Position numbers and translations under genes: made by a program. A stretch of 64,000 nucleotides of DNA from Trueperaceae bacterium (GTDB lineage Bacteria > Deinococcota > Deinococci > Deinococcales > Trueperaceae), in assembly GCA_965215565.1 (NCBI GenBank), contig CBDCDZ010000004.1, positions 2,080,001 through 2,144,000 on the forward strand. The letters run 5' to 3'. The notes under the pieces are model-generated. The model worked only from the letters and a program-made list of their open reading frames with translations, was not told where the DNA came from and made no database searches. This document shows, piece after piece, positions 1 to 11,509 of this stretch (positions within the stretch are counted from its first letter, which is position 1; every line of letters begins with the position of its first letter).

Positions 1-379
1 TAAGAAGGCGGTTACTGAGTTCTTCGCGGGGGACCTCAATTAGGATAACAGCGGTCATCGGCGCAGACATCTCTTCTAGAAGGGTCCCTAATGCCTCGGC
101 TTGTCCCGTTGTACGCGGAAACCCGTCCAAGAGAACACGCACCTCGTCTTGATCGGCCATCTCTTGACGCACCATGCCGACGATGAGGTCATCGGAGACA
201 AGCCCGCCTTCGTTCATGACACTTTCAGCCTGCTGTCCCAACTCCGTCCCACGCTTGACGTGATCGCGGAGCATGTCGCCCGTCGAGAGCTTGCGCAGGT
301 TGCGAGCGCGGGCGAGCTTCTCTGCCTGCGTCCCTTTGCCCGCGCCGGGGGGGCCGACGAGGAGTAGCACTTCCGACAT
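1..379 (-). CDS. adk: adenylate kinase (3' end runs off the window)
   Basis: Translated by hand: MSEVLLLVGPPGAGKGTQA...STGDMLR...LLDGFPRT; directly follows secY. Not in the ORF track. Confidence 0.95.
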   Translation of the reverse strand, partial: MSEVLLLVGPPGAGKGTQAEKLARARNLRKLSTGDMLRDHVKRGTELGQQAESVMNEGGLVSDDLIVGMVRQEMADQDEVRVLLDGFPRTTGQAEALGTLLEEMSAPMTAVILIEVPREELSNRLL

Positions 380-1699
380 CTAAAAGCGCCTTCCGCGTCC
401 GCGAATGCGCCCTTTGCTGACGAACCCGTCGTAGTGACGCATCATCAGTTGCGACTCCATCTGGCGGAGCGTGTCAAGCGAGACGCCGACAACGATCAGC
501 AGACCGATTCCCGAGAAGACGAGTGAGAGCTGACCGACGCCCGTCATCCAGCCCAAAATCTGCGGCAGCGCGTTGACCGCGCCCAAGAAGAGCGCACCCC
601 ACAAGGTGATGCGGTTCGTGATGCGGGTGAGGTGGTCCGTCGTAGGCTGGCCGGGGCGGACGCCTGGGACGAAGCCGCCGTACTCGCGCAAGTTCTCGGA
701 GATGCGGCGTGGGTCGAAGGAAATCTGCGTGTAGAAGTAGGTGAAGAGCACGATGAGAATGGTGCTGACGATCAGCCCTTGCCACTGCTGCGGCGCGAAC
801 CACGCGCCTAGCGACTGCACCCAAGCGACATCTGGGAACGCTGCAATGATCGTGCTCGGGATGACGATGACCGACACCGCGAAGATGACCGGAATGACGC
901 CCGCCGCGTTTAAGCGAAGCGGAATGTAGGTGCTCTGTCCACCCATGACGCGCCGCCCAACAACTTTACGGGCATACTGAACCGGAATGCGGCGCTCAGC
1001 TTGTTGCACCAAAACCATCCCGGCTATGGCGATGACTAACAGAGTAAAGAAGATGAGCAGCCCGAAGATATTCGACTCACCCGTACCGATAAGCGCGAAC
1101 TGCTGGCTGATGGCGTTCGGATAGGCAGCGACGATGCCCGCGTAGATGATGAGCGAAATCCCGTTGCCGATGCCGTACTCGGAAATCTTCTCGCCGAGCC
1201 ACATGACGACGGAAATCCCCGCAATCTGGGTGATCATGACGACGATCCACAAGAAGGGACCGTTGCTCCAACCCACCTTGAGCGCACCCGATTGACCGAT
1301 CAGCGCAATCGCGAGGAAGAGTCCCTGAACTGCACCGAGCGCGGTCGCGCCGTAGCGCGTGTACTGCGTGATCTTGCGACGTCCCTCTTCACCCTCTTTG
1401 GCGAGTTTTTCAAGAGGTGGGTAGACCGAGGTGAGAAGCTGGATGATAATGCTCGCCGTGATGTAAGGGATGACGCCAAGCGCAAAGATCGAGAACACTT
1501 CGATGTTGCCACCTGTGATGAACCCCAAGAGGTCAAAGACGCCGCCACGCTGAGCGAAGTTCGCCTGGAGCGCGTCAGCGTCCACACCGGGTGTAGGGAT
1601 GAAGACCCCTAGCCGGTAGATGGCTAGGAGCCCGATGACCACCAAGAGCTTCTGCCTCAGGTCAGGGATGACGAGCGCGTTGCGAAACGCGGCGACCAT
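380..1699 (-). CDS. secY: preprotein translocase subunit SecY
   Basis: FSIFALGVIPYITASII and GIGNGISLII motifs; usual spc operon position. Confidence 0.98.
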   Translation of the reverse strand: MVAAFRNALVIPDLRQKLLVVIGLLAIYRLGVFIPTPGVDADALQANFAQRGGVFDLLGFITGGNIEVFSIFALGVIPYITASIIIQLLTSVYPPLEKLAKEGEEGRRKITQYTRYGATALGAVQGLFLAIALIGQSGALKVGWSNGPFLWIVVMITQIAGISVVMWLGEKISEYGIGNGISLIIYAGIVAAYPNAISQQFALIGTGESNIFGLLIFFTLLVIAIAGMVLVQQAERRIPVQYARKVVGRRVMGGQSTYIPLRLNAAGVIPVIFAVSVIVIPSTIIAAFPDVAWVQSLGAWFAPQQWQGLIVSTILIVLFTYFYTQISFDPRRISENLREYGGFVPGVRPGQPTTDHLTRITNRITLWGALFLGAVNALPQILGWMTGVGQLSLVFSGIGLLIVVGVSLDTLRQMESQLMMRHYDGFVSKGRIRGRGRRF

Positions 1700-2448
1700 T
1701 AGCTCTGCTCCTCGTCGTCCGCCGCGCTTTCAGATGAACCATTCTCTTCAGGGCTCGAGGGCGCTTCGGATACACCCTGGCTCATATTGTCACTCTCTGG
1801 ACCTGACTGCGTTTCTTCCGGCGAGTCGATGACGGTTTTTCCGTTGTCGTCCTCGTCGTCCCCGCTCTGCGATTCGTTTGACTGAGGTGCGCTTTGAGCT
1901 TGGACCTCTTCATCTGACTGAGCAACCTCTTGATCAGCTTTTTGAGTCGAGACCTCTTGGTTGGTAGCTTGACTCGAGCCCGCCTCTTCCTGCGCACTCT
2001 GCCCAAGACCCACGACACTTCCACCTGCATCCTGCACCGCTTGGGCTGCGCCGCGGCTGCAGGCGTCTAGCTCGAGCCGCAGATTTCGCACCGTCAACTC
2101 GCCGTCACCCAAGAGCTTCACAGGACGGTTCGCATGGCGAATCACACCCGCGTTGCGAAGCGCTTCAGCGTTCACCGTGCTGCCCTCGTCGAAATCATTG
2201 AGGTCACGCAGGTTGATGATCTGGTATTCAATCCCTTGATGCGTAAAGCCGCGTTTGGGGAGGCGCATGATGAGGCGGCTGCGTCCGCCTTCCCAACCGG
2301 AGCCCTGCGAGAAACCACTCCGGCTGGCCTGCCCTTTTTGACCGCGCCCGGCGGTTTTGCCGCGCCCGCTGCCCAAACCGCGTCCGACGCGGCGGCGCGA
2401 CTTCTTCGCGCCGGGGGCTGGTTTTAAGTCGTTGATCTTCATATTCAA
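1699..2448 (-). CDS. rplO: 50S ribosomal protein L15 with ~100-aa acidic C-terminal extension (start may be ATG at 2442)
   Basis: RVGRGLGSGRGKTAGRGQKGQ motif; position. Confidence 0.96.
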   Translation of the reverse strand: MNMKINDLKPAPGAKKSRRRVGRGLGSGRGKTAGRGQKGQASRSGFSQGSGWEGGRSRLIMRLPKRGFTHQGIEYQIINLRDLNDFDEGSTVNAEALRNAGVIRHANRPVKLLGDGELTVRNLRLELDACSRGAAQAVQDAGGSVVGLGQSAQEEAGSSQATNQEVSTQKADQEVAQSDEEVQAQSAPQSNESQSGDDEDDNGKTVIDSPEETQSGPESDNMSQGVSEAPSSPEENGSSESAADDEEQS

Positions 2449-2449
2449 G

Positions 2450-2539
2450 TCTCTCCGTAATGATTCTGCGGGCGTGGACCACGAATGAATCGTAGTCCTT
2501 AACCGCTAAACGCTGCTAAAATCTTGCAGATTTTAGCAG
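2450..2539. repeat. two-hairpin REP-like repeat, copy 1
   Basis: GGACCACGA-atgaa-TCGTAGTCC plus CTGCTAAAATCT-tgc-AGATTTTAGCAG; homologous to 3188-3276. Confidence 0.8.
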
Positions 2540-2542
2540 GAA

Positions 2543-2710
2543 TTACCCTTCAACTTTGAGGAGATATGAGACCTTGTTGACCATGCCACGCACATCGGGC
2601 GTGTCCTTGACCTCACGACTATCCCCTGACTTTTTGAGACCCAAGGCGTACACCGTCGCCTTTTGGTCCTTCTTCACACCGATTAAGCTGCGAACGAGCG
2701 TGACCTTCAT
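2543..2710 (-). CDS. rpmD: 50S ribosomal protein L30 (55 aa)
   Basis: Translated by hand: [27 protein letters not shown]...[11 protein letters not shown]; between rpsE and rplO; below ORF-track cutoff. Confidence 0.95.
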   Translation of the reverse strand: MKVTLVRSLIGVKKDQKATVYALGLKKSGDSREVKDTPDVRGMVNKVSYLLKVEG

Positions 2711-3183
2711 TATTCCGCCCGTGCTCTCTCGCGCTGGGACTCTTCAAAAGTTTTAAGCTGCTTGAGCCCGTCCATCACAGCGTAAGCGACGTTCGTCTGG
2801 TTGCGTGAGCCGAGTTCTTTGGTCAAGAGGTTGCGGAAGCCCGCGAGTTCGATGATGGCTCGAGGCACACTTCCCGCGATAACTCCCGTACCTGCGCCTG
2901 CAGGCTTGAGCATCACTTTGGATGTGCCGTGCGCACCTAAGACCTCATGCGGAACCGTGCCCGGTTCTTCAATCGGCACTTCGATGACGTTGCGGCGGGC
3001 GACGTACTGACCCTTTTGGACTGCGCCAGGGACCTCTTTCGACTTGCCCAAACCGACGCCCACACGACCGTTGCGGTCACCCACAACGACCATCGCGCCG
3101 AAGCGGAAGCGGCGTCCGCCTTGATAGGTTTTCGCCGTGCGGCGGATGAAAATGACCTTATCTTCAAACTCTGTGTCTGGCAT
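2710..3183 (-). CDS. rpsE: 30S ribosomal protein S5
   Basis: [22 protein letters not shown]. Confidence 0.98.
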   Translation of the reverse strand: MPDTEFEDKVIFIRRTAKTYQGGRRFRFGAMVVVGDRNGRVGVGLGKSKEVPGAVQKGQYVARRNVIEVPIEEPGTVPHEVLGAHGTSKVMLKPAGAGTGVIAGSVPRAIIELAGFRNLLTKELGSRNQTNVAYAVMDGLKQLKTFEESQRERARAE

Positions 3184-3187
3184 AAAT

Positions 3188-3276
3188 TCTCTCCGTTATG
3201 AAAACGCGGAACCAGACCACGAATGAACCGTGGTCTTTAACCGCTAGACGCTGTTCGAATCTTGCAGATTCGAACA
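3188..3276. repeat. two-hairpin REP-like repeat, copy 2
   Basis: AGACCACG-aatgaac-CGTGGTCT plus TGTTCGAATCT-tgc-AGATTCGAACA. Confidence 0.8.
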
Positions 3277-3283
3277 AGAGGCT

Positions 3284-3637
3284 TCAGAACTCGAGCCCTC
3301 CTTCACGGGCACCCTCAGCGAGCGCCTTCACGCGCCCGTGGTAGCGGTACGCGCCTCTATCGAATACGACTCGTTTGACGCCTGCTTGGATCGCTCTCTC
3401 TGCTAGCGCCTTGCCAACTGCTGTTGCTTGGTCGGTCTTGTTGCCGGAAAGTTCCAAGCTCTTGCTGTTCGCTTCGGCAACGGTGTGACCCTTGTTCGCG
3501 TCGATAATCTGCGCGTAGATGTGCTTCGCGCTGCGGAACACGCTGAGCCGCAAGCGCCCATTGTTCACCGGACGCTGGATACGGCGGCGGGTGCGGAAGG
3601 CGCGGCGCTGTTTTCTTACCTCTGTGTTCGTATTCAT
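3284..3637 (-). CDS. rplR: 50S ribosomal protein L18
   Basis: [26 protein letters not shown]. Confidence 0.98.
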   Translation of the reverse strand: MNTNTEVRKQRRAFRTRRRIQRPVNNGRLRLSVFRSAKHIYAQIIDANKGHTVAEANSKSLELSGNKTDQATAVGKALAERAIQAGVKRVVFDRGAYRYHGRVKALAEGAREGGLEF

Positions 3638-3648
3638 ACTCTAACCTC

Positions 3649-4188
3649 TTACCTTGCTGCCGCTTTGCCGGCTTTGAGTCGGACTTGCTCGCCCTCGTAA
3701 CGCACGCCTTTACCGTGATACGAGTCGGGCGGGCGTACCTCACGGATGTTCGCCGCCACTTGACCGACGAGTTGTTTGTCGATACCTGAGACCGTGATGC
3801 GCGTCGCTTCGGGCGCAGCAATCGTAATGCCTTCGGGCGGCGTGATGACGACGGGGTGGGAGAAGCCTAACGCAAGCTCTAGGTTCTGCCCCTTCATCGC
3901 GCAGCGATAACCGACGCCCTGAATCTGCAAGTTGCGGGTGAAGCCTTCCGTCACGCCGACGATGGCGTTGTTGATGAGACTCCGCGCTAAGCCGTGCTGA
4001 GCACGGTCATTGCGGTTGTCGGTAGGACGCTCGACGTGGATTTCACCGTCTTCTTGCTTGACCGTGAGACGCGGGCTGACGGGAACTGTAAGCTGTCCTT
4101 TAGAGCCTTTGACGACGACTTCGGTCTTCTTGATGTCTACGTTCACGCCGCTCGGGACGGTGACGGGTGCTCTGCCGATTCGAGACAT
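3649..4188 (-). CDS. rplF: 50S ribosomal protein L6
   Basis: MSRIGRAP start (ATG 4188 overlaps rpsH stop, TAATG); PDSYHGKG. Confidence 0.97.
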   Translation of the reverse strand: MSRIGRAPVTVPSGVNVDIKKTEVVVKGSKGQLTVPVSPRLTVKQEDGEIHVERPTDNRNDRAQHGLARSLINNAIVGVTEGFTRNLQIQGVGYRCAMKGQNLELALGFSHPVVITPPEGITIAAPEATRITVSGIDKQLVGQVAANIREVRPPDSYHGKGVRYEGEQVRLKAGKAAAR

Positions 4189-4583
4189 TACCAGACCTCG
4201 CAAATCACTTCGCCGCCGACGTTCTTTCGGCGGGCATCGCGGTCTACCATCAGGCCTTGCGGGGTGGAGATCACAGCGATACCAAGTCCTCCGCGTACCA
4301 CCGGAACCGCTTTCGCTTTGCTGTAGGCGCGGCGTCCGGGTTTGGAGACGCGGGTGAGTTCGTTGATGATCGAGGTGCGCTTGGGTCCATACTTGAGCCC
4401 GATGCGGATGACGGGATGCCCGTCTTTGGTTGCGTCCTCAACCGACTTGAGGTAGCCCTCGCGCACGAGCACCTCGGCTAACGACTTCTTGAATTTACTC
4501 GCTGGCACGTCCACGGTGGCGGAGGCGATCGCCGCGCCGTTGCGGATGCGGGTCAGCATGTCAGCAATAGGGTCTGTATACAT
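4188..4583 (-). CDS. rpsH: 30S ribosomal protein S8
   Basis: DPIADMLTRIRN, SKPGRR. Confidence 0.98.
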   Translation of the reverse strand: MYTDPIADMLTRIRNGAAIASATVDVPASKFKKSLAEVLVREGYLKSVEDATKDGHPVIRIGLKYGPKRTSIINELTRVSKPGRRAYSKAKAVPVVRGGLGIAVISTPQGLMVDRDARRKNVGGEVICEVW

Positions 4584-4719
4584 TACCTATTGTCCTTTCT
4601 TTTGACGGTGTACCACGTTTCGTATGCACGAAACGTGACACCTTTATCTTCTTTCTGGCGAGGTTGGTATCAGCGCAATCACGCTGACCATCACCTCTGG
4701 AAAACGGTTTCTGTGTTTA

Positions 4720-4830
4720 TAGCAGGTATCATCTGGTCACAAACGCCCTTAGCGAGAAATACTCCTAGACAATTATGTTCGTGGATGATAGCTGCGCCCT
4801 TCTATTTCTCAAGGCTAATAGAGACTTGAA
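4720..4830 (+). mobile_element. ~110-bp MITE-like repeat, diverged copy inside spc operon
   Basis: Begins TAGCAGGTATCATCTGGTCA, identical to copies at 20550, 27688, 42796; internal GGATGATAGCTGC; right end decayed. Confidence 0.7.
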
Positions 4831-4916
4831 GTGGCAGTTCTACGGACCGGTTTAAGCGGAAGAGGTTTTGCATCTCGGTTCTACTTGTAATGTCCGAGAT
4901 GAGATGCTACCTCTCT

Positions 4917-5102
4917 TTACCAGCTCGCCTTACGCACGCCGGGCAAATACCCGCTATGCGCCATCTCGCGCATACAAATTCGGCAGAGACCGAAGTCACG
5001 CATATAGCTCTTGGCGCGTCCGCAGCGCTGGCAGCGGTTCACCCCTCTGGTCGAAAACTTAGGCGTCCGTTTGGACTTTGCGATATGTGCTTTTGTTGCC
5101 AT
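4917..5102 (-). CDS. rpsN: 30S ribosomal protein S14, Zn-binding type
   Basis: 61 aa; CQRC...[12 protein letters not shown]. Confidence 0.97.
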   Translation of the reverse strand: MATKAHIAKSKRTPKFSTRGVNRCQRCGRAKSYMRDFGLCRICMREMAHSGYLPGVRKASW

Positions 5103-5127
5103 GTAATCCTTTCTAGCTAGTCAACCA

Positions 5128-5182
5128 GTCAGCATTTCAGGTTTTAAGCTTTTCCTGACAAGCTGAAGTGCTGAGATGCTGA
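5128..5182. repeat. short-tandem palindromic repeat (TCAGCATT-type 8-mers)
   Basis: tcagcatttcag...gctgaagtgctgagatgctga; related to 6468 and 26919. Confidence 0.6.
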
Positions 5183-5187
5183 CATGC

Positions 5188-5739
5188 TTATTTCCTAAAG
5201 GGCATTCCTAATAGCTCGAGCAAGTTCCGCGCTTCCTCGTCCGTCTCTGCCGTCGTGATGATGGCGATGTCCATGCCGCGCGTCGCGTCGATCTGGTCAT
5301 ACGAGAGTTCGGGGAAGACGATTTGCTCGCGCAAGCCGAGGTTGTAGTTGCCACGTCCGTCGAAGGCGTTGGGGTTGATGCCGCGAAAGTCGCGTACACG
5401 GGGGAGGGCGACGCTGATGAGTTTTTCCAAGAAAACCCACATGCGGTCGCCGCGTAAGGTCACTTTAAGACCAATCGGCATCCCGGCGCGGACCTTGAAG
5501 TTTGAGACCGACTTCTTGGTGCGGGTAACGACGGGGCGCTGGAGGGCGATTTGGGCGAGTTCTCGAGAGGCGCGTTCCAACACTTTCGAGTCGTCGCGTG
5601 CTTCGCCTAAACCCATGTTGATGACGATCTTTTCCAACTTGGGAATCGCCATGATGTTGGCGTAGTTGTGGCGCTCCTGCATCGCAGAGACGACATTGTC
5701 TTTGTAGTTCTGCCGGAGCCCGACGGTATTCGTACTCAT
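5188..5739 (-). CDS. rplE: 50S ribosomal protein L5
   Basis: [22 protein letters not shown]. Confidence 0.98.
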   Translation of the reverse strand: MSTNTVGLRQNYKDNVVSAMQERHNYANIMAIPKLEKIVINMGLGEARDDSKVLERASRELAQIALQRPVVTRTKKSVSNFKVRAGMPIGLKVTLRGDRMWVFLEKLISVALPRVRDFRGINPNAFDGRGNYNLGLREQIVFPELSYDQIDATRGMDIAIITTAETDEEARNLLELLGMPFRK

Positions 5740-6086
5740 GCGTCCACCTGCTCATCTAAGCGTGCACCGCTCTTCGTGCTCACGCGGACCTTCTCGCCAT
5801 CTTCCATCTTGTAGCTGATGCGCGTTGGCTCGCCCGTCTCGGGGTCGAGGATGCGCACATTGGAGGCGTGAATCGGCATCTCGCGTTCGCTGAAGCCGCC
5901 ACGCGGATTTTCCTGCGTGGGGCGTTGGGTCTTCGTCGCGACGTTCACGTCTTTGACAACAACGCGGTTCTTCTCGGGCATGACGGCGACGATTTCGCCT
6001 TCAGAACCCTTGTCTTTGCCCGCCATTACGCGCACTAGGTCGCCGCGCTTGAGCTTAATGCGGGTTGCGTTTTGTTTTTGTGCCAT
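5736..6086 (-). CDS. rplX: 50S ribosomal protein L24
   Basis: [22 protein letters not shown]. Confidence 0.97.
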   Translation of the reverse strand: MAQKQNATRIKLKRGDLVRVMAGKDKGSEGEIVAVMPEKNRVVVKDVNVATKTQRPTQENPRGGFSEREMPIHASNVRILDPETGEPTRISYKMEDGEKVRVSTKSGARLDEQVDA

Positions 6087-6455
6087 TTAGAGGACCTCCG
6101 GTGCGAGCGAGACGATGCGCATAAAACGGCGTTCGCGCAGTTCGCGGGCCACGGGTCCGAAGACGCGCGTGCCGCGCGGCTCGTTCTGGTTGTTGATTAA
6201 GACGGCGGCGTTGCGGTCGAAGCGGATGCTCGAGCCGTCCGTCCGGTTAATTTCCTTAGCCGTGCGCACGATGACGGCTTTGACCACGTCACCCTTTTTC
6301 ACGCCCGCCCTCGGAATCGCGTCTTTAACGGCTGCCACGATAATATCGCCCACGCCGCCGAACGTCTGCGCCCCCGTGCCTAAAACACGGATACACTGAA
6401 TGCGGCGTGCACCGGAATTATCGGCAACATCTAGGTAGGACTCTTGTTGAATCAT
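6087..6455 (-). CDS. rplN: 50S ribosomal protein L14
   Basis: [16 protein letters not shown]; start adjusted to ATG 6455. Confidence 0.98.
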   Translation of the reverse strand: MIQQESYLDVADNSGARRIQCIRVLGTGAQTFGGVGDIIVAAVKDAIPRAGVKKGDVVKAVIVRTAKEINRTDGSSIRFDRNAAVLINNQNEPRGTRVFGPVARELRERRFMRIVSLAPEVL

Positions 6456-6467
6456 AGTGGTAAGCAA

Positions 6468-6535
6468 CTCAGCGTCTCAGCATTTCAGCATGTCAGGCTT
6501 TTAGTTTCTCCTGACTACTGACTACTGACTACTGA
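6468..6535. repeat. short-tandem palindromic repeat (TCAGCRTY x3, CTGACTA x3)
   Basis: tcagcgtc tcagcatt tcagcatg tcag ... ctgacta ctgacta ctgacta ctga. Confidence 0.65.
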
Positions 6536-6545
6536 TTAGCTCTAC

Positions 6546-6791
6546 TCACCCCCTCGCTTTCTCTAACAGTTTCGTCACCGCGAAGCGCTTGCGCTTGCTG
6601 ATGGGGCGGCGCGTGATGATCTCCACCGTGTCGCCGACGCCATATTCATTCGTCTCGTCGTGGGCTAAGTACTTCTTAGATACCGTTACAACCTTGCCGT
6701 AGAGCGGGTGCTTGAAGCGGCGCTCGACCAGAACGGTTACGGTTTTATCCGCCTTGTCACTCACCACACGACCTTGTAGCGTCTTCTTCAT
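6546..6791 (-). CDS. rpsQ: 30S ribosomal protein S17
   Basis: [24 protein letters not shown]. Confidence 0.97.
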   Translation of the reverse strand: MKKTLQGRVVSDKADKTVTVLVERRFKHPLYGKVVTVSKKYLAHDETNEYGVGDTVEIITRRPISKRKRFAVTKLLEKARG

Positions 6792-6979
6792 CGGCTCGCC
6801 TCTTCCTGCGCGACCGTTAGCAGCCGCGCGATTTCACGCTTCGCGGCGCGGATGCGTCTTGGGTTGTTCGCCTGACCCACCGAGGCTTGGATGCGCAAGT
6901 CGAGGAGTTCCTCGCGGCGCTTGTTGACCTCGTCCTGAATCTCATCACGGGTCAGGTTACGAATCTCATTGGACTTCAT
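6788..6979 (-). CDS. rpmC: 50S ribosomal protein L29
   Basis: Position; KREIARLLT. Confidence 0.95.
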   Translation of the reverse strand: MKSNEIRNLTRDEIQDEVNKRREELLDLRIQASVGQANNPRRIRAAKREIARLLTVAQEEASR

Positions 6980-7390
6980 CGTAGACCTCGCGTTTGACCA
7001 TCTTGGTCTTGATGGGCAGTTTGTGACCTGCCAAGCGGAAAGCCTCTTTCGCCTGCGCCTCGGTCACGTTGGCGACCTCGAAGAGGATGCGCCCCGGCTT
7101 CACGACGGATACCCAGTATTCCACTGCGCCCTTACCCTTACCCATGCGGACTTCGGCGGGCTTTTTGGTGACGGGCTTGTCCGGGAAGATGCGGATGTAG
7201 ATTTTACCCCCGCGCCGGAAGTAGCGGCTCATGGTGATGCGGCACGCCTCAATCTGGTTCGACTTGATCCAAGCGGGCTCCATCGCGACCATGCCGAAGT
7301 CACCGAAGGCGACGTAATCGCCCCCTTTGGTGTCGCCGGTCATGCGCCCGCGCATCTGCTTGCGGTACTTGACTCGTTTCGGTAACAGCA

Positions 7391-7391
<1 letters not shown>
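6966..7391 (-). CDS. rplP: 50S ribosomal protein L16
   Basis: [19 protein letters not shown]. Confidence 0.98.
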
Positions 7392-8202
<811 letters not shown>

Positions 8203-8203
<1 letters not shown>

Positions 8204-8541
8204 TACGCTTCCTTTTCCTCGAGAAAGATCGTCACGTGACTCGTGCGCTTGCGCAAGAGGTCAGCGCGTCCCCGCGCACGCGGCAAGTACCGCTTGATCG
8301 TCGGACCTTCGTTGACCATAATTTTGGAGACGAAGAGATCGTCTTCGAACATATCGTGATTGTTGACCGCGTTCGCTTTGGCGCTTTTGAGGAGCTTGAG
8401 GAGCGGCTGCGCCGAGCCTTTCGGCGTGAAGCGCAAGATGCTTTCAGCTTCGGTTACATTTTTGCCCCGGATAAGGTCCGCGACGAGCCGCGTCTTCTGC
8501 GGCGTCACGCGGAGCATAGTGAGGTGTGCTTTCGCTTCCAC
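8203..8541 (-). CDS. rplV: 50S ribosomal protein L22
   Basis: PRARGRA...TSHVTI. Confidence 0.97.
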
Positions 8542-8543
8542 CG

Positions 8544-8810
8544 TTATCTCCGGTTCCCACTGTGCGTGCGGAAGGTGCGCGTCGGCGAGAACTCGCCGAG
8601 CTTGTGCCCGACCATGTTTTCTTGCACGAACACAGGCACATGCTGGCGACCGTTGTACACGCCGATGGTGTGCCCGATCATCTCCGGCACGACTGTCGAG
8701 CGGCGGCTCCAGGTGCGGATGACTTTGCGGTCCCCGGATTCGTTGGCGGCGTCCACCTTATCTAACAAGTGATCGTCCACGAAGGGACCTTTTTTAGCGC
8801 TGCGTGCCAT
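8544..8810 (-). CDS. rpsS: 30S ribosomal protein S19
   Basis: [18 protein letters not shown]. Confidence 0.98.
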   Translation of the reverse strand: MARSAKKGPFVDDHLLDKVDAANESGDRKVIRTWSRRSTVVPEMIGHTIGVYNGRQHVPVFVQENMVGHKLGEFSPTRTFRTHSGNRR

Positions 8811-9646
8811 TATTTCTTCCCTTTCCGGCGGCGGACGATGAAGCGGCTGCTCACCTTGCGCTTGGTGCGCGTCTTATAGCCCTTCGCCTTCTGACCCCAG
8901 GGGCTTACGGGCGGACGTCCGCTCGTCGAGCGACCTTCACCGCCGCCGTGGGGGTGATCAACCGGGTTCATCGCGCGTCCGCGCACGTGCGGCTTGCGCC
9001 CCATCCAACGGGTGCGTCCGGCTTTACCGATGGTGATGTTCTTGTGCTCCGAGTTGCTGACGACACCAACGGTGGCGTAGCACTCACCGTGAACGCGGCG
9101 AAGTTCGCCACTCGGCAAGCGGAGCGTGACGTAGTTGCCGTCGCGCCCTTGAAGCTGGATGCTCGTACCGGCGCTGCGGGCGAGCTGTGCGCCCTTGCCG
9201 GGGACGAGTTCGACATTATGAACGACCGTACCGACGGGGATGAAGCGGAGCGGCAGCGCGTTGCCGCGAACAGGCTCAGCTTCGGGTCCAGCGACAACTT
9301 GTGAGCCGACTTGGACGCCTTCAGGCGCGAGGATGTAGCGCTTTTCGCCATCTACGTAGTGCAGTAGCGCGATGCGGGCGCTACGGTTCGGATCGTATTC
9401 GATGGTGGCTACTTTCGCCGGGACGCTCTCTTTGTCGCGGCGGCGGAAGTCGATGATGCGGTAGCGGCGCTTGTGCCCGCCGCCCCTAAAACGCGTGGTG
9501 ATGCGCCCCCTATTGTTGCGGCCCCCGGTGCGCTTGCGGGTGTCCAACAGGGACTTTTCCGGTGTGTCAGTGGTGACCCCGGCAAAGTCCGAGGTGGTCA
9601 TGAAGCGCCTCGAGGGGGTGTATGGACGGTAACTCTTAGTCGGCAT
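8810..9646 (-). CDS. rplB: 50S ribosomal protein L2
   Basis: [26 protein letters not shown]. Confidence 0.99.
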   Translation of the reverse strand: MPTKSYRPYTPSRRFMTTSDFAGVTTDTPEKSLLDTRKRTGGRNNRGRITTRFRGGGHKRRYRIIDFRRRDKESVPAKVATIEYDPNRSARIALLHYVDGEKRYILAPEGVQVGSQVVAGPEAEPVRGNALPLRFIPVGTVVHNVELVPGKGAQLARSAGTSIQLQGRDGNYVTLRLPSGELRRVHGECYATVGVVSNSEHKNITIGKAGRTRWMGRKPHVRGRAMNPVDHPHGGGEGRSTSGRPPVSPWGQKAKGYKTRTKRKVSSRFIVRRRKGKK

Positions 9647-9655
9647 AAACCCTCC

Positions 9656-9943
9656 TTAGGTGAGACCCTCGAGCTGCTGGATACGCTGTCCAGGTCTCAG
9701 GGTGACGATGGCTTTCTTGCGCTTAGGACGGAGCCCACGGTAGCGCCCGAGCGTCTTCTCCTTGCCGCGCACGTTGGCGAGGTTGATCTTCATCACGTCC
9801 ACACTAAAAACAGTCTCAATGGCGTCTTTAATCTGCGTGCGGTTCGCGCTCGGATGGACGTAGAAGGCGTACTTGCTGTTTTCAACCGTAGCGAGCGCCT
9901 TTTCGGATAGGACGGGTCTCAAGATGACGTCGTGAACGTTCAT
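9656..9943 (-). CDS. rplW: 50S ribosomal protein L23
   Basis: PVLSEK, KKAIVTL. Confidence 0.97.
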   Translation of the reverse strand: MNVHDVILRPVLSEKALATVENSKYAFYVHPSANRTQIKDAIETVFSVDVMKINLANVRGKEKTLGRYRGLRPKRKKAIVTLRPGQRIQQLEGLT

Positions 9944-10551
9944 GCGGCGTCCTCCATTTCGGAACCCTCGAGGTCAAACAAACCCGCGTCGGCGACCAGG
10001 CGGTCATGGCGCAAGATGTCGTAGACGTTCAAGGCGTTGCCAGGCAACACGCTGACCCACGGCAAGTTCCGCGCAGCGCGGCGCACCATCTCGTCGTCGG
10101 TGACGAGGAGGATGCGCTCTTTACCGTCAAAACCATTGTCCTTCGCCCAAGCGACGAACTCTTTGGTCTTGCCACCGATGTCGAAGCTGTCCACTAAGGT
10201 CAGCTTGTCGTCGTTGGCACGCGCTGAAAGCGCCATGTGAAGCCCTAAACGGCGCACGCGCTTAGGCAACGTGTACGAGTAGTCGCGCGGATGCGGACCG
10301 AAAGCGATGCCGCCGCCCACAAAGATAGGCGCTTTGTACGAGCCGTGACGCGCCCGTCCTGTGCCCTTTTGCGGGTACATCTTCGCGGTCGTGCCCGACA
10401 TCGTGCCGCGCGTCTTCGTCGCGGCTGTGCCTCTGCGACGCTTCGAAAGCTGCCACTGCACGACCTCGTGCAGCACAGCTTCTTTCGGCTCCGGCAAATC
10501 GAGCGTAACGGTGCGTCCGCTCCCTAAAATCTCTATGGTCACAGCCATCAT
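9940..10551 (-). CDS. rplD: 50S ribosomal protein L4
   Basis: [10 protein letters not shown]. Confidence 0.97.
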   Translation of the reverse strand: MMAVTIEILGSGRTVTLDLPEPKEAVLHEVVQWQLSKRRRGTAATKTRGTMSGTTAKMYPQKGTGRARHGSYKAPIFVGGGIAFGPHPRDYSYTLPKRVRRLGLHMALSARANDDKLTLVDSFDIGGKTKEFVAWAKDNGFDGKERILLVTDDEMVRRAARNLPWVSVLPGNALNVYDILRHDRLVADAGLFDLEGSEMEDAA

Positions 10552-11183
10552 GACCCCCTCGTGTTTCTGCTGTCCCGCTTGGAATCTTTAATTGTTAAGA
10601 CGCCGCCGTTAGGTCCGGGAACTGCACCCTTGACGAGCAAGAGGTTCTCTTCGGGGCGGACCTCGAGTAGCTCCAAACCCACCGTCGTCACGCGCTCGCT
10701 GCCGTAGTGCCCAGGCATTTTTTTGCCTTTATAAACGCGACCCGGCGATTTGCGCTGCCCAATCGAGCCGGGCGAACGGTGCTTCTTCTTCACACCGTGC
10801 GTCGCAGGCAAGCCGCTGAAGTTCCAACGCTTGATGACGCCCGCCGTACCGCGACCTTTCGAAGTCCCCGTCACATCGAGCTTCTGCCCCGCCTCGAAGA
10901 TGTCAACGGTGACGGCGTCCTCTTCGGGCGCGTAGTCGCGAAACTCTAAGAGGTGACGTTGGGCGGCTACGCCCGCTTTTTTGACGTGTCCAAGCTCCGG
11001 CTTTTTCACGAGCTTGTTGCGCTTCTCCATCCAACCGAGTTGGACGGCGCTGTAGCCGTCCGTCTCAGGTGTTTTGCGTTGCACGACCGGGCAAGGACCC
11101 GCCAGAATGACCGTCACCGGCACGAGCCGATTGTCCTGCCATATCTGGGTCATCCCCACCTTCGTGCCTAACATCCCTTTCAC
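10548..11183 (-). CDS. rplC: 50S ribosomal protein L3
   Basis: KVGMTQI, PGSIG, KGAVPG. Confidence 0.98.
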   Translation of the reverse strand: MKGMLGTKVGMTQIWQDNRLVPVTVILAGPCPVVQRKTPETDGYSAVQLGWMEKRNKLVKKPELGHVKKAGVAAQRHLLEFRDYAPEEDAVTVDIFEAGQKLDVTGTSKGRGTAGVIKRWNFSGLPATHGVKKKHRSPGSIGQRKSPGRVYKGKKMPGHYGSERVTTVGLELLEVRPEENLLLVKGAVPGPNGGVLTIKDSKRDSRNTRGS

Positions 11184-11506
11184 TAGCGACCTCCAACCGT
11201 CTTAATTTCGATGTCCACCCCGGTTGGGAGGTCCAAGTGCATGAGACTGTCGATGGTGCTCTTCGTCGGCGCTTTGATGTCGATGAGACGGTTGTGCGTC
11301 CGAATCTCAAAGTGCTCGCGGCTGTCCTTGTTGACAAAGGGGCTGCGGAGCACACAGAAGCGCCGAATGCGGGTGGGCAGCGGAACCGGTCCGGCTACCT
11401 TCGCTCCGGTGCGCTTAACCGTATCGACGATTTTCGTCGCTGAGGAGTCGAGGCTCCGGTGGTCAAACGCGCGGAGTTTAATGCGAATACGAGGTGCAGT
11501 TGCCAT
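11183..11506 (-). CDS. rpsJ: 30S ribosomal protein S10
   Basis: [17 protein letters not shown]. Confidence 0.98.
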   Translation of the reverse strand: MATAPRIRIKLRAFDHRSLDSSATKIVDTVKRTGAKVAGPVPLPTRIRRFCVLRSPFVNKDSREHFEIRTHNRLIDIKAPTKSTIDSLMHLDLPTGVDIEIKTVGGR

Positions 11507-11509
11507 GAT

